Assembly (NCBI GenBank): GCA_041690355.1
Contig: JAWLHK010000002.1
Location: 1 to 64,000 of the forward strand
Reading direction: 5' to 3'
Source of the DNA: a bacterium
Lineage (GTDB): Bacteria; J088; JAWLBW01
Length of the DNA stretch: 64,000 nt
The position numbers were made by a program, and so were the translations under genes. This document shows, in pieces, positions 28,401-37,715 of this stretch (positions within the stretch are counted from its first letter, which is position 1; each line of letters opens with the position of its first letter). A model generated the notes under the pieces. That model saw only the letters and a program-made list of their open reading frames with translations, did no database searches and was not told the origin of the DNA.

Positions 28401-31400
28401 TCCGACGAATCGGCGCCCGAACAGTTCACGCTCACCATCAACCCCGTCAACGATCCGCCCACGTTCACGCTGGCTGGAGATCTGTACGTTTCGGATACGG
28501 CGGGCGCGCAGACGGTGGCGGGATGGGTTTCGGGAATGTCGTCGGGTCCCGGCGAGTCCGACGCCCTGTTCCCCTTCGCGGTGACGACCGATAACGACGG
28601 CATCTTCAACGTGTTGCCGGCGGTGGATGTCTCCGGAACGTTGACCTTCACGCCGGCAACCGGCTTCACGGGCGTGGCCACGGTTTACGTCTCGCTGTCG
28701 GATAATGCCGGCGGTGACGACACGGCCGTCCGAACGGCGCTCATCTCCGTAGACAATGTCAACGACGACCCCTCGTTCACGGCCGGGCCGAACGTCTCTG
28801 TCGACGAAGACAGCGGGCCCTATGCCGGGGCCTGGGCGACGGCGATCTCGCCGGGACCGGGCGAATCGGGGCAGGGGGTTTCGTTCTCGGTGGTTGCCAA
28901 CTCGAATCCAGGACTGTTCGGCACGCAGCCCGCCATCGACCCTTCGGGTTTGCTTACCTTTGCGCCCGCCGCCGACGCCAACGGGGCAGCCACCCTGACG
29001 GCGCGCCTCACCGACGATCTCGGGGCATTCGTCGAGGCGACCTTCGACATCATCGTGCAGCCCGTGAACGATGCACCGGTCTTCACCGGCGGGGGATTCC
29101 TCCAGGTTTTCGAAGATCAGGGGAAAACCGGCATTTCCTTTCTCAGCGGCGTTTCGAGCGGCCCCTCGGATGAGGCCGGCCAGGCGTTGACCTGGGACGT
29201 CAAAGCCGACAACGAGGCCCTCTTCGCCGAGCCGATCACCGTGAACGGCGATACGGTGTGGCTGACGCCGGCCGCCGACGCCAACGGCGACACGCAGGTC
29301 ACCCTGACGCTCATCGACGACGGCGGCACCGCTTCGGGCGGGGTCGACCGGTATTCGATCACCGTCTGGGCGGGCATCGGCGCCGTGAACGACGCGCCGA
29401 CCTTCACCCCCGGGCCCGATCTGGTCATACTCGAGGACGACCCCGACGGGATCGGCTTCGGCACCCTCTGGGCCTCTGCCTTTGTCGTCGGTCCTGCCGA
29501 TGAAGCATGGCAATACTACTTCATGGACGTAACCAGCGACTCGCCGTTCAACAACGTCTGGCTCGATAACGGCGGCACGCTCTACTTCATGCCGCCGCCC
29601 GACTGGACGGGTTCAGCCGTCTTCTACGTCGACATGGTCGACTCTGGCGGGACCGATTTCGGCGGCACTGACACGTATCGCGCAACCTTCACGATTACGG
29701 TCCTGCCCGTGAACGAGGCCCCGGTGCTGCGTGCCGATTACGCGACGACGAGCGTCGACACCGAGACCTGGATCGGCGTCCTCTTCAACGATTACGAGCC
29801 GGACGGCGATGCCCTCGTGCTCACGGGCGTGTCAACGCCGACGTACGGCATCGCCGTCACCGACGGCAGCTTCGTGCGCTATACGCCGGGCTCAGGCTTC
29901 ACGGGAATCGACACGTTCACCTACTTCGCTTCTGACGGCACCCATCCGGTGAGCCAGACGATCGTCGTGACCGTCGGCCCCGATCTCGATCCGCCCGTTC
30001 TTCTTTCTTCTTCCATCACGGGGGGTGAGGAGCTGAACCGCGAAGAGGCATTCGGCTTCGTCGGCGTCCTGAGTCCGGTCATCTTCGTGTTTGACGACCC
30101 CTATCTAGACGGGGGAACACTCTCGGCGTGGGCCGAGTACGAGGGCGTCCCCATCTATGCGAACGTCTGGATTGATGGTCCGACGGTCTCGGTGATGATC
30201 CAGGAGTGGGATCTCTGGGGCTTGGCCGATCCCGAAGGCGGGTTGCTTACGGTGGGGCTCACCGGCATTCAGGACACGTTCGGCAACGCGGCGGCCGATC
30301 TGGACCGGACCGTCTGGTACGACGGGCGCGGCCCCCAGGTGTCGTTTCCGGACAGCGGGTACCCGGCGGCGCGCCGCTTCATCGCGCAGTTCGACGAGTC
30401 GATTGACCCGGCGTCTGCGATTCCCCAGTTCCGCCGCGTGACCGACGGCACGCAGATCGAGCTCGATATCACGGTCGAGGGAACTGCGTCTTCGGGACTG
30501 TTCACCCTGGCCAAGGCCAACGATGCCTACTACGCGGTCTCTGCCCGGCAGGAGCCGGTGGGGACGGAAGTGGAATTCGACGTTTCCGGTTTCCGCGATC
30601 TGGCGGGAAATCCGGTGGAGGGTTGGAACGCCGCCAGCGTCACGGTCTGCTGCGAACAACAGGGGCCGGGAGGGCTCGCGGTTACGGCTGTCGAGTTTGT
30701 CGATCGCTCCACCAGCCTCGCGGTTCTGAAAGTGGATGCTTCGGAAATCCGCAACGGATATTTCGTGGTGCCGAACACATTCGTGGGAGGCGACCACCTG
30801 GTGCGCGTCCTGCTCAGTGCGCCGATCAACCCCATGTACTCGTATGCGGAGCTGCGCCGGGTCTCTTCAGGCCCGCAGGAGTCGAGCGTGATGGGCGATG
30901 CGGCCGCGGCTTCGGTGCCGAACGACAGCTTCGTGTTCGATCCGACGTTGGCTTCGGAACCTTTCTTCTGGCAGAGCAAGGGCACATACCGCCTGTTCAT
31001 CGATGCGTCCGGCGAAACCGGCTGGGACCGAGTCTGGTTCGAGGCCGGGTTCGCTGTGCAAGGCGACTCCAGTGACGTGACGGCGCCGACCGTCTCAGCC
31101 CTGACCGCCGCCCGGATGTCGGGCACTGCGCCGGTTCTGAGGCCTCTCGACAGTCTTCGCCTCGGTTTCTCGGAGAAGGTTGATTACCGGGACGTGAACG
31201 TGACGCTGGCCAAAGATGGCTCGCCCATCCCCCTGCGGGTTCGACCGATGGGAGAGATGAGCGGTCTTGAAATCCGGGCACAGGATGAAGCCGGCGCTCC
31301 CGTATTTCTCGCGCCCGGCGACTACGACCTGACGGTTGACGCCGTAGCCGACCTCGCCACGCCCCAGAACGTCATGTCGCCTGCCTCGTTCGTCGTGCAC

Positions 31401-32492
31401 GTGGAGGCCGATGCCGCGCCGAAGGTCAGCTTGGTCGGCGTGCCCTCGGCGTCGCAGGAGCTGGCGACGAACGCGTCGCTGTGGGTGGCCTTCGACGGCC
31501 CCGTGGCCCTTCAGACCTTGCACGAAGACGGTGCGCTCGAAGAGCGTGGCCTATTTCTGGAAGAACGCTGGGGCAATGCATGGATTCCTGCGAAGGGCCT
31601 CGGCCATGGCGACTCCGAAAGCACGTCGGGCGCCGTGTTCCCGCTGCGGCGGCAGTACACGGGAATGCCGCCTGCGACCACGTACCGGCTGCGATTCCTG
31701 AGCGGACTGCGGGACGTCGACGGCAATCCGCTGTTCGACCTTGGCCAGCCGGTGACCTTCACGACTGTCGCTGACAACAGTTATCCCGCCGATCCGTACG
31801 CAGGGTATGCAGGACTCGAAGTCTTCGACCTGGGCACCGGGCAGCTCAACATCTTCGGCGGCGTGATGGCGAGCAATCTCGAGGTCAGGGCCTGGGCAGG
31901 CGATGATAACGCCGGCGATACCTGGGAAACCGGACTTGAGACGGCGACGCTCAGCCTGTACGGCGGCCCCAATGCCGATCAGGAGCAGCACGTGAGTATC
32001 GACGCGGCGCAGATGGATACGATGTTTCCGGGCGGGCTGACGCCGTACGAAATGGTCGTGCGGGACTCGACCGCGCGCGAATTGCGCCTGCCGTTCGCAG
32101 CGTACCGCCCGAAGCACGCCACGGTCGCCGAGGCACAGCCGGTGCTCGTTGCCGGCAGCGCCCCCGGAACCGTGCGGATCGAAGGCAGCATTACCGATCT
32201 CGTGGATGCCGACCACGTGGCCGGCATCGCCGTCTTCATCGGCATCGTGGACACGACGTACTATCCGCCGATGATGGTCGGCTTCGAGCGATTCGCCCTC
32301 GCGCAGACCGAACGCCATGCAGACGGGACGCTGAGCTTCACCTACGAGACGGCGGCCGAAGATCCGCTTCCGTCGCTGCCGCCGCCGCTGGGATATGTTG
32401 CCGCGGCGCAGATGTTCGTCGAGGTTCCGGTCGGCACGCCGGACGCCGAGTGGATGGTGATTTCGCCGATGTCTGCACCGTTCAACCCCTGA
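25482..32492 (+). CDS. Large surface lipoprotein with tandem cadherin-like/Ig-like (VNDxP) repeats, 2336 aa
   Basis: GGGAGG RBS, lipobox VVQAC, 13 V-N-[DE]-x-P repeat junctions with DGTLTFTPAADANG cores, then Ig-like domains. Confidence 0.9.
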   Translation: MATTWMRWLTAVAMMAVVQACGVEEAPPPAAVKVSIEAGTIEVSVAEDGSATVELTAEVAPAGSDLPSFTILEGPAHGALAGTGSSLTYTPETDYSGSDSIRFQAAVGDVVGEGTVLITVTPVNDRPSFVPGSAVTVLEDSGAYAQTWATALSAGPEDEAAQKLAFAVAVDNPALFAVEPAVAADGTLTFTPAADANGSATLTIVLADDGGTTDGGVDAADPVTLSLTVQPVNDSPLFDLQGDVEITEGAGPQVVAGFLTGRAAGPADEAAQQTVLNVSNDNGALFSSPPAIDDNGALTFEAYDWASGSAFVTVRLSDDGGAGGIAQRTFTITVRPVNDPPMFTLAGGNPAVAEDAPGQTLAGFLTGVTPGPDESAQAVTFAVTTDNDALFSSLPFITPAGTEGTLTFTPAPDANGSAIVTVQAWDDGGTVDGGVNKSSALQFTITITQVNDVPRFAVGANPTALEDASLQTVAGFLTGIAGGPADEAAQSVTFSVSAATPSLFQTLGIAADGTLTFTPAADAFGTDTITVTAWDDGTPQASLQKNFTITISPVNDAPAFFVGMPPGADEDAGPQTVTDYITGIAAGPANESAQAVTFSVSTDNVALFSVLPAIEVSGGTSGTLTFTPAVDANGMATVTVRAWDDGGTADGGIRVSPSAQFTITVQPVNDPPAFAVGTVPAVLEDAGEQTVPGFVSGIIGGPADESAQAVTFTASAATPSMFASISVGSDGTLTFTPAADAFGTDTVTVTAWDDGAPQASFQRTFDVTITAVNDAPGFRKGAGQVVTENAGPQEVLSWAAGITAGPGESQALTFQLTADNPALFSAGPTVDAAGTLSFTPALNAAGTANVRITVTDDGGTDNGGVAVSAEYTFSIQIVAVNDAPSFTPGGPIARDEDAGAQAVAWAADINPGDPGELWQSVTFEVTTDNDPLFAELPTIGSDGVLRFRAADEASGSAVVTVVARDNGGTAFGGSDESAPEQFTLTINPVNDPPTFTLAGDLYVSDTAGAQTVAGWVSGMSSGPGESDALFPFAVTTDNDGIFNVLPAVDVSGTLTFTPATGFTGVATVYVSLSDNAGGDDTAVRTALISVDNVNDDPSFTAGPNVSVDEDSGPYAGAWATAISPGPGESGQGVSFSVVANSNPGLFGTQPAIDPSGLLTFAPAADANGAATLTARLTDDLGAFVEATFDIIVQPVNDAPVFTGGGFLQVFEDQGKTGISFLSGVSSGPSDEAGQALTWDVKADNEALFAEPITVNGDTVWLTPAADANGDTQVTLTLIDDGGTASGGVDRYSITVWAGIGAVNDAPTFTPGPDLVILEDDPDGIGFGTLWASAFVVGPADEAWQYYFMDVTSDSPFNNVWLDNGGTLYFMPPPDWTGSAVFYVDMVDSGGTDFGGTDTYRATFTITVLPVNEAPVLRADYATTSVDTETWIGVLFNDYEPDGDALVLTGVSTPTYGIAVTDGSFVRYTPGSGFTGIDTFTYFASDGTHPVSQTIVVTVGPDLDPPVLLSSSITGGEELNREEAFGFVGVLSPVIFVFDDPYLDGGTLSAWAEYEGVPIYANVWIDGPTVSVMIQEWDLWGLADPEGGLLTVGLTGIQDTFGNAAADLDRTVWYDGRGPQVSFPDSGYPAARRFIAQFDESIDPASAIPQFRRVTDGTQIELDITVEGTASSGLFTLAKANDAYYAVSARQEPVGTEVEFDVSGFRDLAGNPVEGWNAASVTVCCEQQGPGGLAVTAVEFVDRSTSLAVLKVDASEIRNGYFVVPNTFVGGDHLVRVLLSAPINPMYSYAELRRVSSGPQESSVMGDAAAASVPNDSFVFDPTLASEPFFWQSKGTYRLFIDASGETGWDRVWFEAGFAVQGDSSDVTAPTVSALTAARMSGTAPVLRPLDSLRLGFSEKVDYRDVNVTLAKDGSPIPLRVRPMGEMSGLEIRAQDEAGAPVFLAPGDYDLTVDAVADLATPQNVMSPASFVVHVEADAAPKVSLVGVPSASQELATNASLWVAFDGPVALQTLHEDGALEERGLFLEERWGNAWIPAKGLGHGDSESTSGAVFPLRRQYTGMPPATTYRLRFLSGLRDVDGNPLFDLGQPVTFTTVADNSYPADPYAGYAGLEVFDLGTGQLNIFGGVMASNLEVRAWAGDDNAGDTWETGLETATLSLYGGPNADQEQHVSIDAAQMDTMFPGGLTPYEMVVRDSTARELRLPFAAYRPKHATVAEAQPVLVAGSAPGTVRIEGSITDLVDADHVAGIAVFIGIVDTTYYPPMMVGFERFALAQTERHADGTLSFTYETAAEDPLPSLPPPLGYVAAAQMFVEVPVGTPDAEWMVISPMSAPFNP

Positions 32493-32518
32493 TTCGGAAT
32501 TGACGGCGCAAGCCATTA

Positions 32519-32556
32519 CGGCCCTCCCTGCGTGAGCGGGGAGGGCCGCTCTTTTT
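32519..32556 (+). terminator. Rho-independent terminator
   Basis: CGGCCCTCCCTGC-gtga-GCGGGGAGGGCCG followed by CTCTTTTT. Confidence 0.8.
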
Positions 32557-32661
32557 CGAGGTCCACGTTACCTCCGATTCCCCGCCCGTAGAATCCGCGG
32601 GCGGCCTGCCGCGGGGGCGCGCGAATTCTCGGTTCTGCCCCGGGACGGATATAATGTCGGG

Positions 32662-35088
32662 ATGCCCGCAGAACTGCTCGCCCCCGCCGGGAACTGGGAT
32701 TCGCTACGCGCCGCCGTCGAGAACGGCGCCGACGCGGTGTATTTCGGCCTCGAGGCGTTCAACGCCCGGGCGCGGGCGAAGAATTTCTCGACGGCCGAGC
32801 TTCCCGACATCATGCGCTACCTGCGCACGCACGGCGTGAAGGGGTATCTGACTTTGAACGTGCTCGTATTCTCAGCGGAACTCGACGAGGCGGCACGGTT
32901 TCTTCTGGCGGCCTCGGAAGCCGGCGTCGATGCCGTACTCGTGCAGGATCTGGGGATGGCACGGCTGGCCGCCCGCATCGCTCCGGATCTTCCGATCCAC
33001 GCGTCGACCCAGATGACCGTGACCGATCCCCAGGCGATGGCGCTGCTTCGCGAGTGGGGGATTCAGCGGTTCGTGGTTCCGCGTGAATTCTCCATTTCTG
33101 AGATTGATCGCGTGCACCGGCAGGTCGACGTCGAGCTCGAAGCCTTCGTGCACGGCGCCCTTTGCGTCGCCTGGTCGGGGCAGTGCCTCACCTCTGAAGC
33201 GCTGGGCGGCCGCAGCGCCAATCGTGGGGAATGCGCGCAGGCGTGCCGGCAGCCCTACCGGATGCTCGTGGATGGAGAGCCGCGCGACCTCGGGGAGAAG
33301 CAGTATCTGCTCTCGCCGCAGGACCTGGCGGGGATTGAACTGATTCCGCAGATGCTCGCCGCCGGCGTCGTCTGCTTCAAGATCGAGGGGCGGTTGAAGA
33401 CGCCCGAGTACGTGGCGAACATCGTGGCGCACTACCGGAAGGCGCTCGACGCGGCGCTGGCGGGAAATCCGGTGGCGCTGGAGGACGCCGAAAAGCGCGA
33501 GATCGCCCAGTCGTTTTCCCGCGGGCTCACCCAGGGTTTTCTGGCGGGAGTCAACCACCAGAAGCTCGTGCACGGCCGGTTTCCCAAGAGCCGCGGGCTC
33601 GATCTCGGCACCGTGCTTGCCGTGCGTCCGCCACGGATTACCGTCGGGTGGACGGAGGTGCCGCTGACGGCCGGCGACGGCATCGTGGTCGACAACGGCG
33701 ACCCCGAGCGTAAGGAGCCCGGCGGTCCCGTCTACGAAGTGCGCGAAGGGCAGGGGACGCTGGAGATCGGTCTCGCGCATGGATTCCCCTTCCGCGACGT
33801 GCAGGTCGGCGATCGAGTGTGGAAGACGAGCGACGCGGATCTGAACCGTCGGCTCCGCGCCTCGTTCGCGGAGGAGCGGCGAACGGTTCCCCTCGCGATG
33901 ACGGTGGCCGGCGCATCGGGGCAGCCGCTACAGGTGGAAGCGCGCGCCGGCGGCCACACGGTAACCATGCAGTCCGGCGAAATGCTGACGCCGGCGACCG
34001 GGCAGGGGCTTTCCAGGGTGCTGCTCGAAGAGAAACTCGGCCGCCTGGGGAGCACACGGTTCCACCTCTCGTCTTTGACGGTGGACCTCCCGGACGGGCT
34101 CGCGCTTCCCGTGTCGGCGTTGAATCGCTTGCGGCGGGCGCTGGCGGAATCGCTCACGCGGGCGCTCGAGGCGCCGCCGGCGCGCCGCAGTTTTCCCGCG
34201 TCGATTCCGGAACGCCCGGTTCTGGAGGAATCGGTCGCGTCCGCAGCGCCGGAGCTTGCCGTGTTCTGCCGGACAGAGGCGCAGGTGCGCGCCGCCTGCG
34301 CTGCGGGCGTCGACCGGATCTACGCCGACTTCGAGGATCCCCGCGGATTCCGCGAGAGCGTGGCGGTGGCCCGCGAAGCAGGAATTCCCGTCTACCTGGC
34401 GACCCCGCGCATCGTGAAGCCGGGCGAGGAGGGGTTCTACCGCAAGCTGGCGGGCTACAAACCCGACGGCGTGCTCGTGCGGAACCTGGGCGGCCTGCTC
34501 TACTATCGCGCGAACCATCCGGACTTCGATCTGATCGGCGACTTTTCGCTCAACTGCGCGAACGAACTGACGGCGCGCGACCTGCGTGAACTCGGTCTGC
34601 GCAAAGTGACGCCGAGCTACGATCTGAATTCCCAACAGCTCGACGACATGCTGGCCAGAACGCCCGGCGAGTGGTTCGAGATCGTGCTCCATCAGTACAT
34701 GCCCATGTTCCACATGGAGCACTGCGTGTTCGCGGCCTTTCTCTCGACGGGCAAGGACTACCGCGACTGCGGGCGGCCCTGCGAGCAGCACGACGTGGCC
34801 CTGCGCGATCATACCGGCGCGCTGTTGCCCGTCAAGGCCGACGTCGGCTGCCGCAACACGGTCTTCAACGGTCACGCCCAGAGTGGCGCGCTCTATCTGG
34901 ATCGGTTTCTCACCCGCGGGGTCACGAGCTTCCGGGTGGAATTTCTCACCGAGGACGAAAGGCGCGTGCGGGAGGTGATCGCCACCTACCGGTCGCTGCT
35001 TCGCCGGGAGCGCACCGCGGAATCGGTCTGGTCATCGCTGCGGGCGACGCAGCGCCTCGGCGTCACGCGGGGCACGCTGGATCGGTAG
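32662..35088 (+). CDS. Long U32-family protein (RlhA-like Fe-S rRNA hydroxylase, DUF3656 type)
   Basis: ELLAPAG, GADAVYFG, HASTQM, EAFVHGALC..SGQC, NRGECAQACR and KIEGR, plus a second Cys cluster (MEHC, CGRPC, GCRN). Confidence 0.9.
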   Translation: MPAELLAPAGNWDSLRAAVENGADAVYFGLEAFNARARAKNFSTAELPDIMRYLRTHGVKGYLTLNVLVFSAELDEAARFLLAASEAGVDAVLVQDLGMARLAARIAPDLPIHASTQMTVTDPQAMALLREWGIQRFVVPREFSISEIDRVHRQVDVELEAFVHGALCVAWSGQCLTSEALGGRSANRGECAQACRQPYRMLVDGEPRDLGEKQYLLSPQDLAGIELIPQMLAAGVVCFKIEGRLKTPEYVANIVAHYRKALDAALAGNPVALEDAEKREIAQSFSRGLTQGFLAGVNHQKLVHGRFPKSRGLDLGTVLAVRPPRITVGWTEVPLTAGDGIVVDNGDPERKEPGGPVYEVREGQGTLEIGLAHGFPFRDVQVGDRVWKTSDADLNRRLRASFAEERRTVPLAMTVAGASGQPLQVEARAGGHTVTMQSGEMLTPATGQGLSRVLLEEKLGRLGSTRFHLSSLTVDLPDGLALPVSALNRLRRALAESLTRALEAPPARRSFPASIPERPVLEESVASAAPELAVFCRTEAQVRAACAAGVDRIYADFEDPRGFRESVAVAREAGIPVYLATPRIVKPGEEGFYRKLAGYKPDGVLVRNLGGLLYYRANHPDFDLIGDFSLNCANELTARDLRELGLRKVTPSYDLNSQQLDDMLARTPGEWFEIVLHQYMPMFHMEHCVFAAFLSTGKDYRDCGRPCEQHDVALRDHTGALLPVKADVGCRNTVFNGHAQSGALYLDRFLTRGVTSFRVEFLTEDERRVREVIATYRSLLRRERTAESVWSSLRATQRLGVTRGTLDR

Positions 35089-35121
35089 CCGGAAGGCCCC
35101 CCTGTCGTCCCCCGAAGGCCC

Positions 35122-35168
35122 GGTCCTTGCCGATTCCCCCACTCTCCCACTCCCCCGCTCCCCCCCTC
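35122..35168. repeat. 47-bp direct repeat, copy 1 (C-rich octamer tract plus GGTCCTTGCC anchor)
   Basis: GGTCCTTGCCGATTCCCCCACTCTCCCACTCCCCCGCTCCCCCCCTC, identical to 35933-35979. Confidence 0.95.
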
Positions 35169-35211
35169 TACGTCGGGAATCGTTTCTCGCTCCCCCCTCG
35201 TGCGCCGACCC

Positions 35212-35610
35212 TCAGGGCACCACAACCTTCGGTCCGGCTTTCTGGAGTCGCGTGGCGCGAGCGCGAAGCCGCCGGTCGAATGTCGCGAATCGCTCAGCGG
35301 GCGAAGACAGGGCGAGGTGCAGCGCGTCGGCGAAATCAAGGCCGCCGGCGTACCCTTTGAGGGCAGCCTCGACGGCCTCGGGGTGATCGGGTTCGACCTG
35401 CGGCAGCGCAAGCAACTTGCGGAGCGCGGCCTCGATTACTTCCTTACGGAGCTCGTAGGCCGCACGCAGCACCCACTCGGTTTCGAGCAGCACGGTGACC
35501 GGAATCCATACGCGCGGTTCGCGAGCGATCAGCGCGGCGGCGCGCCTTGCCTGAAGCGGGTCATCCGCGGTCAGCAGCCGGACGATGACGTTCGTGTCGA
35601 GCGCGACCAT
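35212..35610 (-). CDS. vapC: PIN-domain toxin (VapC family)
   Basis: MVALDTNVIVR, VLLETEWVL, DFADAL, FATFDR. The start overlaps the antitoxin stop (TGATG). Confidence 0.92.
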   Translation of the reverse strand: MVALDTNVIVRLLTADDPLQARRAAALIAREPRVWIPVTVLLETEWVLRAAYELRKEVIEAALRKLLALPQVEPDHPEAVEAALKGYAGGLDFADALHLALSSPAERFATFDRRLRARATRLQKAGPKVVVP

Positions 35611-35867
35611 CAGCGCTTCGCGCGGCGCCGCGCCTCCTTGCGCACCGCCTCCTCCATCGCTTCGATCGTCATGGCGGTCCCTTGATATCCGGTGCACCCG
35701 AGTACGTCGCTTACACTGACGTCCGCAGGCGGCACGATCGGCTTCAAGAGCAGCCCCTCGGGGCGATCTTCGATTTCGAACTCGGTTCCGGTGCGCCACC
35801 GATGCGCCTCCCGCACGGGGCGGGGAATCACGATCTGGCCCTTGGTCGAAAGCTTGGTCCGTGGCAT
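35610..35867 (-). CDS. AbrB/MazE/SpoVT-family antitoxin
   Basis: TKLSTKGQIVIPRPVRE swapped-hairpin motif. 85 aa, immediately upstream of vapC. Confidence 0.92.
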   Translation of the reverse strand: MPRTKLSTKGQIVIPRPVREAHRWRTGTEFEIEDRPEGLLLKPIVPPADVSVSDVLGCTGYQGTAMTIEAMEEAVRKEARRRAKR

Positions 35868-35873
35868 TCCGTT

Positions 35874-35902
35874 ATTGTAAGACGAGAGGTAAGACGGCGC
35901 AA
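35874..35902 (-). promoter_or_regulatory. Sigma70-type promoter with tandem operator repeats (leaderless TA operon)
   Basis: Minus strand TTGCGC-17 bp-TACAAT-6 nt-ATG. GTAAGACG is repeated at 35877-35884 and 35889-35896. Confidence 0.7.
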
Positions 35903-35932
35903 GCGCCCCGCGATGGGCACCGGATGTGACCT

Positions 35933-35979
35933 GGTCCTTGCCGATTCCCCCACTCTCCCACTCCCCCGCTCCCCCCCTC
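35933..35979. repeat. 47-bp direct repeat, copy 2
   Basis: Identical to 35122-35168. Similarity continues about 20 bp further (CGGGAATC...). Confidence 0.95.
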
Positions 35980-36002
35980 CAAGGCGGGAATCTTTCGTTC
36001 CC

Positions 36003-36779
36003 CTACTTCACTTTCGTGTACTGGGGAAACTCCTCGGCCACTTCCTCGACGCGCCGCAGGTAGATCTTCTTCCAATGCGGCGAGCTGACCTTGAAGTCGC
36101 CGGCGCGCACGAACTCGATGTGCGTCCAGCCTTCGTCGTACCGTTCGTAATCAGCCAGCACCTTGGCGAGCGTGAGGCGATTGGCGGCGCGGCGCGGCTC
36201 GAGCTCCACGGCGCGCGCGAGGTGCTTCAGGGCCTTGTCCTTATCCCCTTTGCCGAGCGGCCATCCGGGAAGCTGGTAGTAGAGCAGCCCCAGGCTGCGG
36301 TCGGCGCCGCCATCGTCGATCTTCGGGTCCAGCTCGGCCGCTTTGTGGAAGGTATCGAGCAGATCGTTGACGAGAAAGATCGCCTTCATGCGATGGAAGT
36401 CGAGGTAGCAGAGTCCGATGGTCGCATAGTAGTACACGAGTTGCGGGTGCTTCGGATGTTTCTCGACCAGCCGCTTGGCCAGCGCATAGCCCTGGTCTGC
36501 GGCCCATTGCTGATCATCACGCCGGTCACGTTCGGTCAGCTCGTCATAGTAATTGAAGTACGCGCGCACGAGACGCCAGGCGACTTCGGGATCTTCGATG
36601 TCGTGGTGCTGATAGGCGTCGATCGCCTTGCGGATCCGTTCAGGTTCCCCCGACAATGCGGCGGCATCGATGGCGGCGAGCGACGGCGGGGCAGATGGCG
36701 CCGGTTGCTCTGCCTGCGCCGGTGCGGCAGTGACGAGAAACGCGCAGAGCGACAGCCATGCGAACGGGAAATGCCTCAT
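36003..36779 (-). CDS. Secreted TPR-like protein (TatT-like)
   Basis: Signal peptide. Helical TPR-like pattern with GGADRSLGLLYYQLPGWPLGKGDKDKALKHLARAVELEP. Confidence 0.7.
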   Translation of the reverse strand: MRHFPFAWLSLCAFLVTAAPAQAEQPAPSAPPSLAAIDAAALSGEPERIRKAIDAYQHHDIEDPEVAWRLVRAYFNYYDELTERDRRDDQQWAADQGYALAKRLVEKHPKHPQLVYYYATIGLCYLDFHRMKAIFLVNDLLDTFHKAAELDPKIDDGGADRSLGLLYYQLPGWPLGKGDKDKALKHLARAVELEPRRAANRLTLAKVLADYERYDEGWTHIEFVRAGDFKVSSPHWKKIYLRRVEEVAEEFPQYTKVK

Positions 36780-37423
36780 TGCGACGCCTCGGTCTCCTGC
36801 GCCGGATCCTGTGCGGCTTCGGTCGGCGCTGTGGCCGCAACGGGGGCGACGGCAGGCACGGCGGCAGAAGCGACTTTGCCGACCCCTTCGGTTTTCACCT
36901 CGCTTACTCGCTTCAGCGCGGCGAGCCCTTTTTCGAAGTCTGCGCCGACCAGGGCATCCATGTCGAAGAAGAGTGAGAACGCCTTGCCGAAGAAGCTATT
37001 CCGGCCGGCCATCGACCAGACGATCCTGGTGTGACCGTCCTCCACGGGGCTGAGCGTGAACACGGTTTCGTTGCGCGCCTCCATCGGCTCGAGAAAGGCC
37101 AGGTCAATCGCGATGCGCTCCGGGTCCTTGCTTTCGATAATCTTCATGCTCCCCTTGCCGACCTTGTCGTTTCCCTCCCAGGAGTACTTCGCGCCGACCC
37201 CTTGGTGCGGGCCTTCATACGTGCGCTTCAGCTCCGGATCGAGCCCCTCCCAGGGAGACCACCCCTGCCAGGCCCGCAGGTCGTTGATGTGGCGGAAGAC
37301 GGCGTCGGGGGGTGCCTGGATGGTCGTCATGCGCACGATACGGAACGTGTCTGGCTGCAGGGCGACAACCGTCAGGAGAATGGCGATCAGCACGAGGGCG
37401 GCGACAGCGATCTTCTTCAGCAT
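36776..37423 (-). CDS. SRPBCC/START-family protein (polyketide cyclase-like) with N-terminal TM
   Basis: WQGWSPW, GVGAKYSWEGN..VGKGSM, VGADFEKGLAALK. Confidence 0.88.
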   Translation of the reverse strand: MLKKIAVAALVLIAILLTVVALQPDTFRIVRMTTIQAPPDAVFRHINDLRAWQGWSPWEGLDPELKRTYEGPHQGVGAKYSWEGNDKVGKGSMKIIESKDPERIAIDLAFLEPMEARNETVFTLSPVEDGHTRIVWSMAGRNSFFGKAFSLFFDMDALVGADFEKGLAALKRVSEVKTEGVGKVASAAVPAVAPVAATAPTEAAQDPAQETEASQ

Positions 37424-37487
37424 CCGAAGCTCCGGAAAAGAAAGCGGTAGCATACCACGCGAGGGCTTTAAGTGACGAGCGACGTGA

Positions 37488-37690
37488 ATTTACGATTGAC
37501 GATTTACGATTGACGATTTGCCGGAACGTACCTCTGCTGGCGCTTGTACGCCCAATCGTCCCGAGCTGACGGGCTGGAACGGAAGCGAAAGCCGACAGCG
37601 AGGGAGCGCGCCTGGGTACCCTTGCGCCTGTCTCGCCGTCGCCGTTCGCCCTGCTGCCGTCCGTCGGCTCGACACGAACGGGAAAAGGAC
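37488..37690. repeat. ~200-bp palindromic MITE/REP-like element, copy 1 (heptamer tract plus long hairpin)
   Basis: (ATT[TG]ACG)x4 at 37488-37515, then a body sharing identical 29-bp (37593-37621) and 22-bp (37661-37682) blocks with 54439-54636. Confidence 0.88.
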
Positions 37691-37715
37691 TGACGACTGA
37701 AGACTGGCGACTGCC
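37688..37715. repeat. Tandem heptamer tract (GACTGnn)x4
   Basis: GACTGAC GACTGAA GACTGGC GACTGCC, abutting the cytochrome stop codon. Reverse complement of the 44014-44048 family. Confidence 0.85.
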
